From NCBI GenBank assembly GCA_002269645.1, contig NIVC01003449.1:1-25282 (forward strand): a DNA stretch of 25,282 nt, given 5' to 3'. The DNA comes from Macrostomum lignano. Taxonomy: Eukaryota. The number at the start of each line of letters is the position of its first letter. Position 1 is the first letter of the stretch. This document shows positions 24,951 through 25,282 of the stretch, piece after piece. The notes beneath the pieces were generated by a model. The model was given only the letters and a program-made list of their open reading frames with translations. It did no database searches and was not told where the DNA came from. The position numbers and the translations under genes are program-made.

Positions 24951-25223
24951 GATCAGAATATCTCTTACGTGGGAAAACCAAAAGACACCTGCACACCAGA
25001 GTTAGGGAGCATTGGCTGAAAAAATCTGCTATCCAGGACCACCTTCTGGAATGCAAGGGCTGCTGTGACAGAGAACAGATTGAATTGTTTAAAATTATCG
25101 ACCGTGCTAACTCTGAATTCAAGCTTAGCATTCTTGAAGCGCTGCACATCAAAGCTCAAAATCCCAGTCTCAATGTGCAATTGCTACATAGTGGTGCGGG
25201 GCCACCTTCTTAGGGTGTTTTGA
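24951..25223 (+). pseudogene. Frameshifted fragment of a PLE GIY-YIG endonuclease (second half of the domain)
   Basis: DQNISYVGK/(1-nt deletion)/TKRHLHTRVREHWLKKSAIQDHLLECKGCCDREQIELFKIIDRANSEFKLSILEALHIKAQNPSLNVQLLHSGAG. This shows the YIG-like YVG, the catalytic R...EH, EAxHI and PxLN motifs. The left arm lacks the extra G near 25200 and reads ...SGAGHLLRVF*. Confidence 0.85.
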
Positions 25224-25282
25224 GTTTGACTATTTTTTGTTGCGCGTACATTTTGTTTTTTTACATCTGTTTGCCTTCTCTC

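Overview
Eukaryotic (bilaterian invertebrate) genomic DNA; no prokaryotic system is present. The GC-rich poly-Ala/Pro/Gln exon and dense tetranucleotide and minisatellite arrays are reminiscent of the flatworm Macrostomum, but that is inference only. The window holds one complete minus-strand BCL11A/B (Chronophage)-family zinc-finger gene. I reconstructed it by hand as three coding exons: 23342-23228, 12235-12077 and 11321-8851 (2745 nt, 914 aa, both introns GT-AG and phase 1). Exon 1 (MASRRKQDRP, NuRD-binding motif) is not in the ORF track. The protein keeps ZF1 and the DNA-binding ZF4-6 triplet. It lacks the vertebrate ZF2-3 pair, and I could not find the C2HC ZF0. Six copies of the BCL11 target hexamer TGACCA cluster around its own promoter and first exon, and an out-of-frame uORF overlaps the start codon. 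About 1.1 kb upstream is a 5'-truncated Penelope-like retroelement: a GIY-YIG fragment with an inverted copy of its own 3' end, a minimal hammerhead ribozyme, and a 3' end abutting a (GATA)n array. The rest is micro/minisatellites and unique non-coding DNA. Individual parts belong to known families; the more novel points are the domain losses, the possible autoregulatory architecture and the repeat organisation. All counts were done by eye.
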